Source: Malacoraja senta
Taxonomy: Eukaryota
NCBI GenBank assembly: GCA_038087875.1
Contig: JAXLNO010000395.1
Span: forward strand, 62,001-126,000
DNA length: 64,000 nucleotides
Direction: 5' to 3'
This document shows positions 12,111-25,349 of this stretch, piece after piece; the stretch's first letter is position 1; each line of letters starts with the position of its first letter. Under the pieces are notes generated by a model, which worked only from the letters and a program-made list of their open reading frames with translations, did no database searches and was not told where the DNA came from. The translations under genes were made by a program, and so were the position numbers.

Positions 12111-15100
12111 CATAGAAACATAGATAATAGGTGCAGGAGTAGGCCATTCGGCCCTTTGAGCCTGCACCGCCATTCAATATGATCATGGCTGATCATCCAA
12201 CTCAGTATCCTGTACCTGCCTTCTCTCCATACCCCCTGATCCCTTTAGCCACAAGGGCCACATCTAACTCCCTCTTAAATATAGCCAATGAACTGGCCTC
12301 AACTAACTTCTGTGGCAGAGAATTCCAGAGATTCACCACTCTCTGTGTGAAAAATGTTTTCCTCATCTCGGTCCTAAAAGATTTCCCCCTTATCCTTAAA
12401 CTGTGACCCCTTGTTCTGGACTTCCCCAACATCAGGAACAATCTTCCTGCATCTAGCCTGTCCAACACCTTAAGAATTTTGAATGGTTCTATAAGATCCT
12501 CCCTCAATTTTCTAAATTCTAGCGAGTACAAACCGAGTCTATCCAGTCTTTCTTCAAATGAAAGTCCTGACATCCCAGGAATCAGTCTGGTGAACCTTCT
12601 CTGTACTCCCTCTATGGCAAGAATGTCTTTCCTCAGATTAGGAGACCAAAACTGAACGCAATACTCCAGGTGTGGTCTCACCAAGACCCTGTACAACTGC
12701 AGTAGAACCCCCCCCTGCTCCTATACACAAATCCTTTTGCTATGAATGCTAACATACCATTCGCCTTCTTCACTGCCTGCTGCACCTGCATGCCTACTTT
12801 TAATGACTGGTGTACCATGACACCCAGGTCTCGTTGCATCTCCCCTTTTCCTAATCGGCCACCATTCAGATAATAGTCTATTTTCCTGTTTTTGCCACCA
12901 AAGTGGATAACCTCACATTTATCCACATTATACTGCATCTGCCATGCATTTGCCCACTCACCCAGCCTATCCAAGTCACCTTGCAGCCTCCGAGCATCCT
13001 CCTCACAGCTAACACTGCCCCCCAGCTTTGTGTCATCCGCAAACTTGGAGATGTTGCATTCAATTCCCTCGCCCAAATCATTAATATATATTGTAAATAG
13101 CTGGGGTCCCAGCACTGAGCCTTGCGGTACCCCACTAGTCACTGCCTGCCATTCTGAAAAGGACCCGTTTACTCCTACTCTTTGCTTCCTGTCTGCCAGC
13201 CAGTTCTCTATCCACATCAATGCTGAACCCCCAATACCATGTGCTTTAAGTTTGTATACTAATCTCTTATGTGGGACCTTGTCGAAAGCCTTCTGAAAGT
13301 CCAGATATAACACATCCACTGGTTCACCCTTATCCACTCTACTAGTTACATCCTCAAAAAATTCTATAAGATTCGTCAGACATGATTTACCTTTCCTAAA
13401 TCCATGCTGACTTTGTCCAATGATTTCACCACTTTCCAAATGTTCTGCTGTCCCATCTTTAATAACTGATTCTAGCAGTTTCCCCACTACCGACGTTAGA
13501 CTAACTGGTCTGTAATTCCCCGTTTTCTCTCTCCCTCCCTTTTTAAAAAGTGGGGTTAAATTAGCTACCCTCCAATCCTCAGGAACTACTCTAGGATCTA
13601 AAGAGTTTTGAAAAATTATCACTAATGCGCCACTATTTCTGGGGCTACTTCCTTAAGTACTCTGGGATGCAGCCTATCTGGCCCTGGGGATTTATCGGCC
13701 TTTAATCCATTCAATTTACCTAACACCACTTCCCGGCTAACCTGGATTTCAATCAGTTCCTCCATCTCATTTGACCCCCGGTCCCCTGCTATTTCCGGCA
13801 GATTATTTATGTCTTCCTTAGTGAAGACAGAACCAAAGTAGTTATTCAATTGGTCTGCCATGTCCTTGTTCCCCATGATCAATTCACCTGTTTCTGATTG
13901 CAAGGGACCTACATTTGTTTTAACTAATCTTTTTCTCTTCACATATTTATAAAAGCTTTTGCAGTCAGTTTTTATGTTCCCTGCCAGTTTTCTTTCATAA
14001 TCTATTTTCCCTTTCCTAATTAAGCCCTTTGTCCTCCTCTGTTGGACTCTGAATTTCTCCCAGTCCTCTGGTAGGCTGCTTTTTCTGACTAATTTGTACG
14101 CTTCATCTTTTGTTTTGATACTATCCCTGATTTCCCTTGTTATCCATGGATGCACTACCTTCCCTGATTGATATTTTTGCCAAACTGGGATGAACAATTG
14201 TTGTAGTTCATCCATGCAGTCTTTAAATGCCTTCCATTGTATATCTACCGTCAACCCATTAAGAATCTATCTTGGCCAATTCACTTCTCATACCCTCAAA
14301 GTTACCTTTCTATAAGTTCAGGACCCTTGTTTCTGAATTAACAATGTCACTCTCCATCCTAATGAAGAATTCAACCATATTATGTTCACTCTTGCCCAAG
14401 GGGCCACGCACAACAAGACCGCTAACTAACCCTTCCTCATAACTCAATACCCAATCTAGAATAGCCTGCTCTCTCGTTGGTTCCTCTACATGTTGGTTTA
14501 GCAAACTATCTCGCATACATTCCAAGAAATCCTCTTCCTCAGCACCCTTGCCAATTTGATTCACCCAATCTATATATAGATTGAAGTCACCCATTATAAC
14601 TGTTTTACCTTTGTTGCACGCATTTCTAATTTCCTGATTGATGCCATCCCCCACTCCACTACTACTGTTACACAACTCCCACTAGCGTTTTCTGCCCCTT
14701 AGTGTTTCGCAGCTCTACCCATATCGATTCCAGATCCTCCAAGCTAATGTCCTTCCTTTCTATTGCGTTAATCTGCTCTCTAACCAGCAACGCTACCCCA
14801 CCTCCTTTCCCTTTCTGTCTATCCCTCCTGAATATTGAATATCCCTGGATGTTCAGCTCCCAGCCTTGGTTACCCTGGAGCCATGTCTCCGTGATCCCAA
14901 CTATATCATAGTCATTAATAGCTATCTGCCCATTCAACTTATCCACCTTATTACGAATGCTCCTTGCATTGAGACACAAAGCCTTCAGGCATGTTTTTAC
15001 AACACTCTTACCCCTTATACAATTATGTTGAAAAGTGGCCCTTTTTGACTTTTGCCCTGGATTTGTCTGCCTGCCACTTTTACTTTTCACCTTGCTACCT

Positions 15101-16595
15101 ATTGCTTCTACCCTCATTATACACCCCGCTGTCTCTACGCTCACACATTTAAGAAACCCTTTCCCTTTAACTCCATCCTCAACTATCCCATTCGACACCC
15201 CACCCCCCTTATTCAGTTTAAAACCACCCGTGTAGCAGTGGCAAACCTGCCTGCCAGAATGCTGGCCCCCCACCTGTTAAGATGCAATCCGTCCCTTTTG
15301 TACAGTTCCCTTTTACTCCAAAACATATCCCAGTGATCTAAGAATCTAAATCCCTGCCCCGTGCACCAGTTCCTCAGCCACACATTCAGGTCCCATATCT
15401 CCCTGTTCCTGCTCTCGCCAGCACGAGGAACTGGAAGCAAATCAGAGATAACAACCCTGGAGGTCCTGCTTTTCAGCATTTTTCCGAGCTCTCTAAAGTT
15501 GCGCTGCAGAATATTCATCCCCTTCTTTCCGACATCGTTTGTGCCGACATGCACTACCACTTCCGGCTGTTCACCTTCGCCCTTGACGATTTTCTGCACT
15601 CTGTCCGTGACATCCTGGATCCTGGCACAAGGAAGACAGCACACCATCCTTGAATCCCGTCTGTTGCCGCAGAACCCCCTGTCCGTACCTCTCACAATGG
15701 AGTCTCCCACTACAATGGCGTTGCCTGACTTTGGCCTTTTTGGTTTTGGCTAAACAGCCCTATTCGCATCGCAAGCCAGTCTGCCGCTCAGTGTTAAAAC
15801 GTCTTCTGTCCCGACAGCTTCTAAGTGGGTGAACCTGTTCACAAGAGGTACAACACCCGGGGACGTTTGCATTCCATGCTTCCCACCCTTTCTCACCGTC
15901 ACCCACCGTTTCTCTTCCAGTACCTTAGGTGTAACAATCTTACTGTAGGACTTGTCGAGGAACGACTCAATTTCACGGACAAACCTGAGGTCATCCACTT
16001 GCTTCTCCAGTTCCCCAACACGGTCCTTCAGGAGCTGTACCTGGATGCACTTGTCACATTTGTAGCAGCCAGAGGCACGAGCAGTGTCCTTGACCCACAT
16101 ACTGCAAACATCACACTGAATCAGCTTGCCTGACATCTCCTTCTTTCGTCTCTCCCTCTGCAGTGTTTTGCGTAGCCTCCTCGCCAAAGACTCTCGAGCC
16201 AAAGACTCACACTTTTCTCACAGGGCACTTCCCTCACTCTCACTGCCACTCCCTAAGAGCAGTCTTGCTTATATTGACTGATAAATTGCCTAATTTACCA
16301 ATTTACAATCCAAATTCCTCAGTTTTCAACTGTTTTCCCCGCTTTGACTCACTTCTCTCCTCCCTCTTGGGGTAGAGCCAATCAGTGTTTTCTCTTGTTA
16401 ATCTTCTCCTGCTGTTGCTTCCAAATCTACAGCAGCTCTGAGTAAAGTCTGCCTGTGCTTTGCCTCTCCTTTTCAACTGTTTTCCCCCCTCTGACTCACT
16501 TCTCTCCTCCCTCTTGGGCTAGAGCCAATCAGTGTTTTCTCTTGCTAATCTTCTCCTGCTGTTGCTTCCAAATCTACAGCAGCTCTGAGCTCTGA
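12111..16595 (-). mobile_element. Near full-length CR1 LINE nested in the DIRS element
   Basis: ORF1 zinc finger/coiled coil (CDVC..CDKC, 16202-15750) plus SGNH esterase (GDSIVRG..HVGTND..DGLHLN, 15710-15213). ORF2 APE/RT is broken by frameshifts (15273-12202), with a CATAGAAA tail at 12111. Confidence 0.95.
16323..16590. repeat. Tandem duplication (period ~147 bp) in CR1 5' UTR
   Basis: TTTTCAACTGTTTTCCCC...AATCTACAGCAGCTCTGAG at 16323-16442 and 16470-16589. Confidence 0.85.
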
Positions 16596-18050
16596 GTGTT
16601 GAAGATTTAGTTTACACACTCGATATCCAGGGTGACACCTGTCGGAGTGGACCCCATTTGCTGCAGCTAACATGAGAGGAAAGGTACGTTGGGTACAAAA
16701 ATTGGCCCTAAACTCAATTGTATTACCCATTTAAGAATGAACTCTAAGACATCAATAATCTGTACCGTATTGCATGTAATATTAGCATGAAATAAAAACG
16801 CTTCCCATCTCCTGAAAGGAAATGTCCTACTTTTCCAGTGCTATCTCCGCACTCCGGAGTAAACATATCCATGAGTCGGGTTGACAGTCCAAACCATAAA
16901 GCAATCCATTCAGAATCTACAAGCCATAATTGATGTCATCCTGCAAAACTGGTTTCCCAAGCCACAGGCTGAATCAGCAGAAGGTTATGTCTAAAATAAG
17001 AGTACAAAGTTGTATTATCATTCCCGACAAACCCCGGGAATGAGAATTGCATAGACCAATCAGACAGTAGAAATCTCTACAGCGGGATCTTGACTTTATA
17101 TGAAGACCCTCCTGACGAGGCAAAATGGAGAAAGACATAAAACCATTCCTACTCTTTGTAGCTAGAATGTGACTTCCACCATTGTTACACGGCATATTTG
17201 CAACCAGTGAATAAACATGAAAGAACATAATGATATTCGGTGTTTCCTTGCACCAGAATTTCATAAATACTGTATGGTCCAACACCCCTTCAGCGTTGAC
17301 ATTTATCTGAACTTGATAATACACCAATAGCAAATGACATGGGTAAACTCCGACATGATACTTGACTTGATTGCCATGTGACTAACATATGCCACCACCA
17401 TAGCGTATCAACTTAGAGCTGAGCATGTAGCGAGTGTAGCTATTTTATACCTATGACCGAAGACTTGGCAATTCATGGAACCCTCCTGCACCTCCAACTC
17501 AAGATGACATTAGCAATGCTGAATACTGTTCATGTACCATAGTGACTTCCATGGAGGTAAATAACGAGACCTACTTACCAGCGTCTCTAACTCCAGATCT
17601 CTTACCTTTGCTGGAGTTCCAACAAAATTTCATTCGCAGACTCTGCTCATGTTGTCATTTCCATTAGATCGCTGATGCTGCTGGCCAACTTCTCTTGTAG
17701 TGGCTAGTCCATCTCCGACTGAGCAGCAATTTTAGAGGCAATGCCCACTGCTTTCCCTCATGCGATCGTCGTGCCTTATGCATTCAGTATGGGATCCCGG
17801 CACATAGCCATGTTCGGATTCCTGTTTGGAGTTAATCCATACTAATCTTAGACACTCTTTTAGAGTGGGAGTGATCGCAGCTGAAGCAGGTATCACCATC
17901 CATCTCCTCCATTTGCTTGTACATGCCTCTGTACCAAGCATGTTGTTCGACACCATTCCCCACAATCTTATCATATATGTGTGTGGCTCCATCCTCATCT
18001 GCTATAGATCCGCGTGGGAGGACTTAAATAACCTGCAACAGGAGTTACCC

Positions 18051-18410
18051 CAGGCCTGTGTGCATGTATTTTAGCACCATCTCGACCACTACTGAGAACC
18101 GAGTGGGAGGAATGGCAACCCTGCAAACAGGTATTGCTTCAGGCCCATGTGCGTACTCCTGTAGCACTCTCTCGACCACTCCGCCATTTGAGTGGGAGAA
18201 ATTTTGGCAACCCTTTACTAGGTGTCGCCTCAGGCATGTGTGCATGTATTTTAGCACTATATCGACCACTGTGGTGCACCAAGTGGGAGGAATGGCAACC
18301 CTGCAAACAGGTGTTGCTTCAGGCACATGTGCTTCCTCCTGTAGCACTCTCTAGACCACTCCGACCCTTGAGTGGGAGGAATTTTGCAACCCTTTACTAG
18401 GTGTTGCTGC
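18051..18410. repeat. 180-bp tandem duplication within the DIRS element
   Basis: CAGGC(C/A)TGTGTGCATGTATTTTAGCAC... begins at both 18051 and 18231. Confidence 0.9.
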
Positions 18411-19001
18411 CTGACATGCCTTAAGATCAGGATGTTCGTAGATTGCGACGAGATGCAATCTTGTCTGACATTGATACCCCAGGCTTGGCACTCACTCTGT
18501 GTTGGGGTTGTCAGGTCGCTGCCTACAGCAGCCGCCAGGACTAGCCGTGCAAATCAATGCTCTGTTGGTATCCTCCTTCCCCAAACAGGCAGCACGTGCT
18601 AGCGACTCCAAGTCATGCTCTTTCCCGATGCCAACGCCGTCTATAGGGAAGAATTGGAGAGCCTCTGGTCCCCGTACATCAGACATAGTGGGAAATGCTG
18701 GAACAAAACAACAGTTATTTGTCATAGGCAAAGACATTTATGTGAATGAACACACCCATTCCAGTTAAATCTGGGATTTATTTACTTTTAGTATGAATAA
18801 TCCGGCGTCTTGGGGAAGGAAACGTGCACAGTCCCTTTAATGAGCAGAATTACTATGACGCCACCTGGTGTAACTCCCGCAGGTGACTGATAATACAGCT
18901 GAACAAGGCTTCCCATTTCCTAAATTGAGTAAATGATAATCATCTGTCTCGGTATGATAGTCACAATGTGACCTAGTGGCAACTATAATGTCTACCCTTT
19001 T

Positions 19002-19055
19002 GAACGCTTCCCAAATTTGCGTGTCATCCTTGCACAGGGCTACTCTAGCCTTCTG

Positions 19056-19086
<31 letters not shown>

Positions 19087-19098
19087 GAAAGTGAGCAC
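19002..19098 (-). pseudogene. RNU6: U6 snRNA-derived copy
   Basis: Minus strand reads GTGCTCACTTTCGCAGCACATATACTAAAATTGGAACGATACACAGAAGGCTAGAGTAGCCCTGTGCAAGGATGACACGCAAATTTGGGAAGCGTTC. It is collinear with U6 nt 1-~98, with the ACAGAGA box and AGC triad altered and the oligo-U end missing. Confidence 0.95.
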
Positions 19099-21876
19099 TG
19101 CATGACCATACTAAAAATGAATACACTGGACCCAGTCCTCACAACCTATGTTACAGGAAACCCAGACTCACGTACCTGCATAGTTACCGGTGGTCTTGAG
19201 GTGAGCCCAAAGGCCCCTGAAGTAGGTTGCATTCCCGTCCTTAATTTGGAGGGCAGCACTGCCGGGATGCGTGAATTGTAAATTCTCCTTGAAGGCCAGC
19301 TTGGACCTAGACCTGAAACCTCCACAGAATTAGCAGAAAATGCTACTGCTATAGACACATAAGGGTGATTAACCACTAGTCTCACTTCCTGGGTTGGGGT
19401 AGGGGTCAGCCACACACTGACCCCTTGTACTCCTCTCCACTGAGGGAATTGGTAAGCAGCCCTGAAAACACAGGTGCTGCCGCAATCCCCTGATGACCTG
19501 CCCTGATATGGCTCACCATATCAGGATAATGCATGTGTGAGGACATACATATATGACAGAGGGGACCCTCCTGGCCAGGCTCCACATGGTTTCCCTCATA
19601 TGGGCTGCCAAAGTCGGGGTCCCTGCCTCAATGAGGCAGTCTGCACCCCGAACACCCTCGGGAGTCGCTGACCTCCCTGTCAGCGACTCGAAACAACAAG
19701 CCCAACAGCCACCCGCAGTCTATCGTGACCGTAGCTTGCATAACCCGCGGTCGACAGAACCCCGTGGCCCGAATTAAACCTCGGGAGTCGCGGACAGTTC
19801 TGTCCGCCACTCAACCAGCAAAACCCACCGGCCACCTGCTACCGCACTCCCGCGGTCCGAAGCCGGCATCACCGCGGTCAACAATTTCCCCGCGGTCCAC
19901 CGGGTTATGCTCAATTCGATATCCAGCAGGAACCTGCGAGAAGAGATTCCTGCAACGGACAACCTGAAAAGTAAGTTTAAACTTACCTGCAGGATTTTTC
20001 AAACTTACCGCTGGAGGAGCTCTGCGCCAATGCGACTGATGTAATGACGCGCATGCGGACTGGACGGGGTTCTTCACGGAATCACTCACGTGACTCCGAA
20101 GTAAAATCTCTTCCATACGAGGTAATGGATATGCATCAAGCTCGGGAACTGGTTTATAGTTTGAGAGTAATTAATGCAGAGTTTCTTTCTATGTCTCTCC
20201 AATGGGTCCTAAACCACAACGTGTGCCCTCCAGGGGGAAGAGCTGGGTTCTATGACACCTTCTCGTAAAATATTAGTTACTTCTGTGTTGATAAAGTTTC
20301 TGTCATCTTTACTAAAATGTCTTGATTTTGTAGCAATTGGCTTGCACTTAGATACATTAGTGAATAATGAAGGACATTCAACAGATGCAGCAGAAAAAAC
20401 ACACAATACTGGTAGCTTTGACAATACAAGATGAGGCATAGTTCCTTCATACATTATTTGAAGTGATCTGTGCTGTTTCTGAAAATCCTGACCTAGAATT
20501 ATATCGCTACACAAATTTTTCAAAATACCAAGACATACAGATTTATAACTAGTTTTGTTCAGAATAAAGTCTACAATACAAGATCCAATAATTTGAGTAT
20601 TGAGAGTTGTCAGAGCCATTGAGATTTCTCTATTTGAAGGAATTATAGTTAGATTTAGTCGAGACACAACTTGTTCACATAAAACTTTCTGAACTGCCAG
20701 AATCAAGTAGTACATTAAGTGTATGGCCATTGATGGATACCGTTGTAGCTGCAAGAGAAAAGCTCTGAGGAAATGCAGCTGTAATTGCACATAAAGAAGG
20801 CATATACATGGCAGCAGTCACACTTTTAGTAGTTGCTTTGGACTTGCATACTCTAGAATAATGTCCCTTCTTGCTACAACTATTACCAGTTGCCTCTCGA
20901 GCAGGATACATCTCTCTATTATGAATATTACCCCCGCAAAAGTAACACTTCCTTTTTGAATAATTATATGCTGCAGCAAGGGCACATTTATCAGTAGAAA
21001 TTGTTTCAGCTTGCTCCATATTAGCACTTGGGTGAGATTCTTTTGTAGTAGTTGCAGCAGAATACACATTAGATGAGCCATAAGCATCTGCATTTTTCTG
21101 AGCCAAGTCTAATGAGGAAGCTTGATTGTAAGCTGACTGTAAATCCAAGGTTTTGTTTTCTAATAGTCTCTATCGTATTACGCGATGCCAAACCATTGAT
21201 AAAAGGGTCTCGAATAAGTTCCTGTCGAGATTGATCAGCTGTAACTGCTTTGAAGGCAGTGTCTTTACTAAGACTTTGAAGGTCTTGTAAAAATTCATCA
21301 AGTGACTCACCAGATTTATGTTTACGAGTAGCAAGGAGGTGTCGAGCAAATATTACGTTGGGCGTCTTAACGAAGAGTCTGCTTAGTACATCAATAGCAG
21401 AATCATAAGTTGTACATTTCTCTTTGTAATCATATACATCATAAGAGACAGAGCTTATTAATGTCCTGAATTTGTCTGGTGCATTGTCGCCACACTCATC
21501 AAAGAAGTTATTTAGTGTACAAAGCCAGTGCTCCCATTCCTTTGCAGCAGTAGGTGAATTGGGATCCAGATCTAATCGTTGTGGTTTCAATAGTTTCTCC
21601 ATCTCGACGTCGCACTGCTTAACTTCTGAGATTGAGTTGCTTAAATTGTTGTGAGACAAATGAAACTTTAACGCTACTCGTAATTTACTTAAACTTTATT
21701 GAAGCTTTAAGCAACTCATTTCTGTAGTACATAACTTCAAAGCGTGTGGAAAATATCACTGATTCTGCAGGCCTCGCCGGCCCGAAACCCCGCACATGCG
21801 CACACTCTGGAAAAGCCCGCACATGCGCACACTTCAAAACCCATGCCCAAAACCAAACTATTACCTAACTAAATAC

Positions 21877-22012
21877 TGAAGGAATTATAGTTAGATTTAG
21901 TCGAGACACAACTTGTTCACATAAAACTTTCTGAACTGCCAGAATCAAGTAGTACATTAAGTGTATGGCCATTGATGGATACCGTTGTAGCTGCAAGAGA
22001 AAAGCTCTGAGG
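21877..22012 (+). repeat. 136-bp exact direct duplicate of 20635-20770
   Basis: TGAAGGAATTATAGTTAG...GAAAAGCTCTGAGG is identical by eye at both positions. Confidence 0.95.
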
Positions 22013-23684
22013 GTCAAAGGAGATGGAGGAACTGAGTGAAATCCAGGTTAGTCGGGAAGTGGTGTTGGGTAAATTGAATGGATTAAAGGCCGATAAATCA
22101 CCAGGGCCAGATAGGCTGCATCCCAGAGTACTTAAGGAAGTAGCTCCAGAGATAGTGGATGCATTAGTGATAATTTTTCAAAACTCTTTAGATTCTGGAG
22201 TAGTTCCTGAGGATTGGAGGGTAGCAAACGTAACCCCACTTTTTAAGAAGGGAGGGAGAGAGAAAATGGGGAATTACAGACCAGTTAGTCTAACATCGGT
22301 AGTGGGGAAACTGCTAGAGTCACTTATTAAAGATGGGATAGCAGCACATTTGGAAAGTGGTGAAATCATTGGACAAAGTCAGCATGGATTTACGAAAGGT
22401 AAATCATGTCTGACGAATCTTATAGAATTTTTCGAGGATGTAACTAGTAGAGTGGATAGGGGAGAACCAGTGGATGTGTTGTAGCTGGACTTTCAGAAGG
22501 CTTTCGACAAGGTACCACATAAGAGATTAGTATACAAACTTAAAGCACACGGTATTGGGGGTTCAGTATTGATGTGGATAGAGAACTGGCTGGCAAACAG
22601 GAAGCAAAGAGTAGGAGTAAACGGGTCCTTTTCACAATTTCAGGCAGTGACTAGTGGGGTACCGCAAGGCTCAGTGCTGGGACCCCAGCTATTTACAATT
22701 TATATTAATGAACTGGATGAGGGAATTGAAGGCAACATCTCCAAGTTTGCGGATGACACTAAGCTGGGGGGCAGTGTTAGCTGTGAGGAGGATGCTGGGA
22801 GACTGCAAGGTGACTTGGATAGGCTGGGTGAATGGGCAAATGTTTGGCAGATGCAGTATAATGTGGATAAATGTGAGGTTATCCACTTTGGTGGCAAAAA
22901 CAGGAAAGCAGACTATTATCTAAATGGTGGCCGATTAGGAAATGGGGAGATGCAGCGAGACCTGGGTGTCATGGTACACCAGTCATTGAAAGTAGGCATG
23001 CAGGTGCAGCAGGCAGTGAAGAAAGTGAATGGTATGTTAGCTTTCATAGCAAAAGGATTTGAGTATAGGAGCAGGGAGGTTCTACTGCAGTTGTACAGGG
23101 TCTTGGTGAGACCACACCTGGAGTATTGCGTACAGTTTTGGTCTCCAAATCTGAGGAAGGACATTATAGCCATAGAGGGAGTGCAGAGAAGGTTCACCAG
23201 ACTGATTCCTGGAATGTCAGGACTTTCATATGAAGAAAGACTGGATAGACTTGGCTTATACTCGCTAGAATTTAGGAGATTGAGAGGGGATCTTATAGAA
23301 ATGTACAAAATTCTTATGGGGTTGGACACGCTAGATGCAGGAAGATTGTTCCCGATGTTGGGGAAGTCCAGGACAAGGGGTCACAGCTTAAGGATAAGGG
23401 GGAAATCCTTTAAGACCGAGATGAGGAAAAACGTTTTCACACAGAGAGTGGTGAATCTCTGGAACTCTCTGCCACAGAGGGTAGTTGAGGCCAGTTCATT
23501 GGCTATATTTAAGAGGGAATTAGATGTGGCCCTTGTGGCTAAGGTGATCAGGGGGTATGGAGAGAAGGCAGGTACGCGATACTGAGTTGGATGATCAGCC
23601 ATGATCATATTGAATGGCGGTGCAGGCTCGAAGGGCCGAATGGCCTACTCCTGCACCTATTTTCTATGTTTCTATGTTTCTATG
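22013..23684 (+). mobile_element. CR1 LINE, 5'-truncated (RT)
   Basis: ORFs 22023-22484 and 22569-23585 are separated by one stop (VL*LDFQKAFD), with PQGSVLGP and FADD motifs and a (TTTCTATG)n tail. Confidence 0.95.
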
Positions 23685-25349
23685 ACTCCATATGTGAAAC
23701 CCCCCCCAGCTACCTGCATATTAATTCTCTTTTTAAAAGCACTAATCCTGTAGATGCAAGTATATCATTGAGGTTATCAAGTAGGCACCTCCCTGATTGA
23801 TGTTGTATGCTGGCCGTTTTTCCACATACTCAAATGCATTTTCTGAATTGATCATAATAGTTGGTTGTAAGCAAAGAAACACTTCATGCCGCTTTATTAA
23901 ATGTAACAGCACAGTTATGGTTTTGAAAAGCACTAGGCTTTCTCTAATATCACCAGGAGTACAATGGAAAGTAATTAGAGTAAATAATTGAGGTCAAATT
24001 TTCCATTTTCAAGAAAGAGCCATTGGAATTCAAGTGTTCTGCAGATACACGCGAGTGGAACACTGAAGCAAGTGACTGCCTCAGGAAAGGATATGAATGT
24101 ATTTTTTCTGCAGAGCAGCATCTAATATTCAACAGTGGTTGATAAGAGCTATGCAAGACCTTTCTGGTTTTGGAACTTTCAGATACAAAGCCATTCCAGT
24201 AAATGCTCTCCAATTTTCTATTCTCCAAGTTGTCAGGAAGCATTGCAATTAGTGATACTTGATACATATCATGCTTCAAAATTCCAAGAACATTTTCTTC
24301 ATTACATATGTGATTTTTTAAAATGAATTAGAAGTCAGACTGAAAACGAAATATGCGTCACCATGGTTTATGAGTAGATCCATTAGGAATAACGACTATA
24401 CTAAGTTTCTATTATAAAACTGTTTAATTGGCTTCTTGGAACTAATCATCTGTTGAAAATTTAAAAAAAAAGAGCTTCCATAATTTCCCTTTGGCTGGAA
24501 AGCAGCTAAACAATTTAGATCTTTTGAATATAACTCTATAAATATCTTGTCAATGCCAAGATAATGTGTTAATTAGGATGCTCAAAAATGTATTAACAAC
24601 TCATTAAAATGTTCACATGATATTGAACTATTAATATTATCTTCACAATCCTGTTACTGCTATTACTGCATATCCAGTTGGAAATGAGAATGGAAAGGGG
24701 CTCACTTCCTGTCCATTGACACCTTTCTTATTTATCTGTATACATGGATATACCAACATCCCAGATGGTTCAACATATGGTTTACTGTCCCTGTGATCTA
24801 GAGGAGCTTATGTTTACTGAATTAAATTAAAGATATACAGACTTGTGGTTTGCATAGCACATGGGATTTGAATGAAGGTGATTAGAGGGGGGGGGGGGGA
24901 TTCTCCCTTGTTTCTTGTACATGTTGCTTACAATGCCGTTAATACTCTGATTGCTGCACCAACAAGCAGATCCATTGGGAATAGCCATGTGTAAGTCTAA
25001 TATGTACATGTTAAAAGAGGATAAATGCAAAAAGAATGCTTAAGTTTATTTTTATTTCTATTAAGTTAGTACTATCAATCATTGTGAACAATCCACTCAA
25101 ACCAAATATAAAATTAATTTTAGCCAACACCATTTGCAAAGATTATTTGGTCTGCATTACATTGTCATTGTGTGAATTTCCACTGTGCGAATCGACTTTC
25201 ATTTTCTACTAGTCAGAACCTTTTTTTCCAGAAGGGAAATGTCAAAAACCGGAGGGCATAGCATTAATGTGAAAGAGGCAAAGTTTAAGGAGATATGTGG
25301 GGGAAGTTTGCTACACCAAGAAAAGTGAGAGCCTGAAAAACGCTGCCAG

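Larger units (their letters stand above)
11067..20104 (-). mobile_element. DIRS-type tyrosine-recombinase retroelement, internally deleted and non-autonomous
   Basis: Inverted termini (GTGATT(A/C)CGTGAAGAACCCCGTCCAGTCCGCATGCGC at ~11128-11165 and inverted at ~20048-20085), an ICR at 11287-11396, a YR remnant at 11620-11790, an RNase H remnant near 17330-17410 (VVAYVSHM...ICYWCI), and no TSD other than a shared ATT. Confidence 0.9.
4908..21876 (-). mobile_element. Ty3/Gypsy LTR retrotransposon (decayed), fragmented by nested insertions
   Basis: Collinear minus-strand pieces: gag 21602-20800 (EKLLKPQRLDLDPNSPTAAKEW; CYFC..H knuckle), protease (LLDSGSSESF), RT (SPWRAHVVV, DAYPLPRMEEIINTL, PFGVINCVAVFQR, FPYLDNITI), RNase H (EKEAAAIIEA..LITDQHS), integrase (IDFKGPLP, IHSDQG, TTPYHPIGNCQVER, 4908-5174 tail). 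An LTR-like segment lies at ~21647-21876. Confidence 0.9.

Noticed and set aside
19002..19098. Functional U6 snRNA gene
   Set aside because: ACAGAGA and AGC are altered, the terminal oligo-T is absent, and no clear TATA/PSE lies upstream.
23700..25150. Host gene exons (e.g. ORF 23950-24279)
   Set aside because: No recognisable protein motif or convincing splice structure. Small exons cannot be excluded without homology or RNA data.
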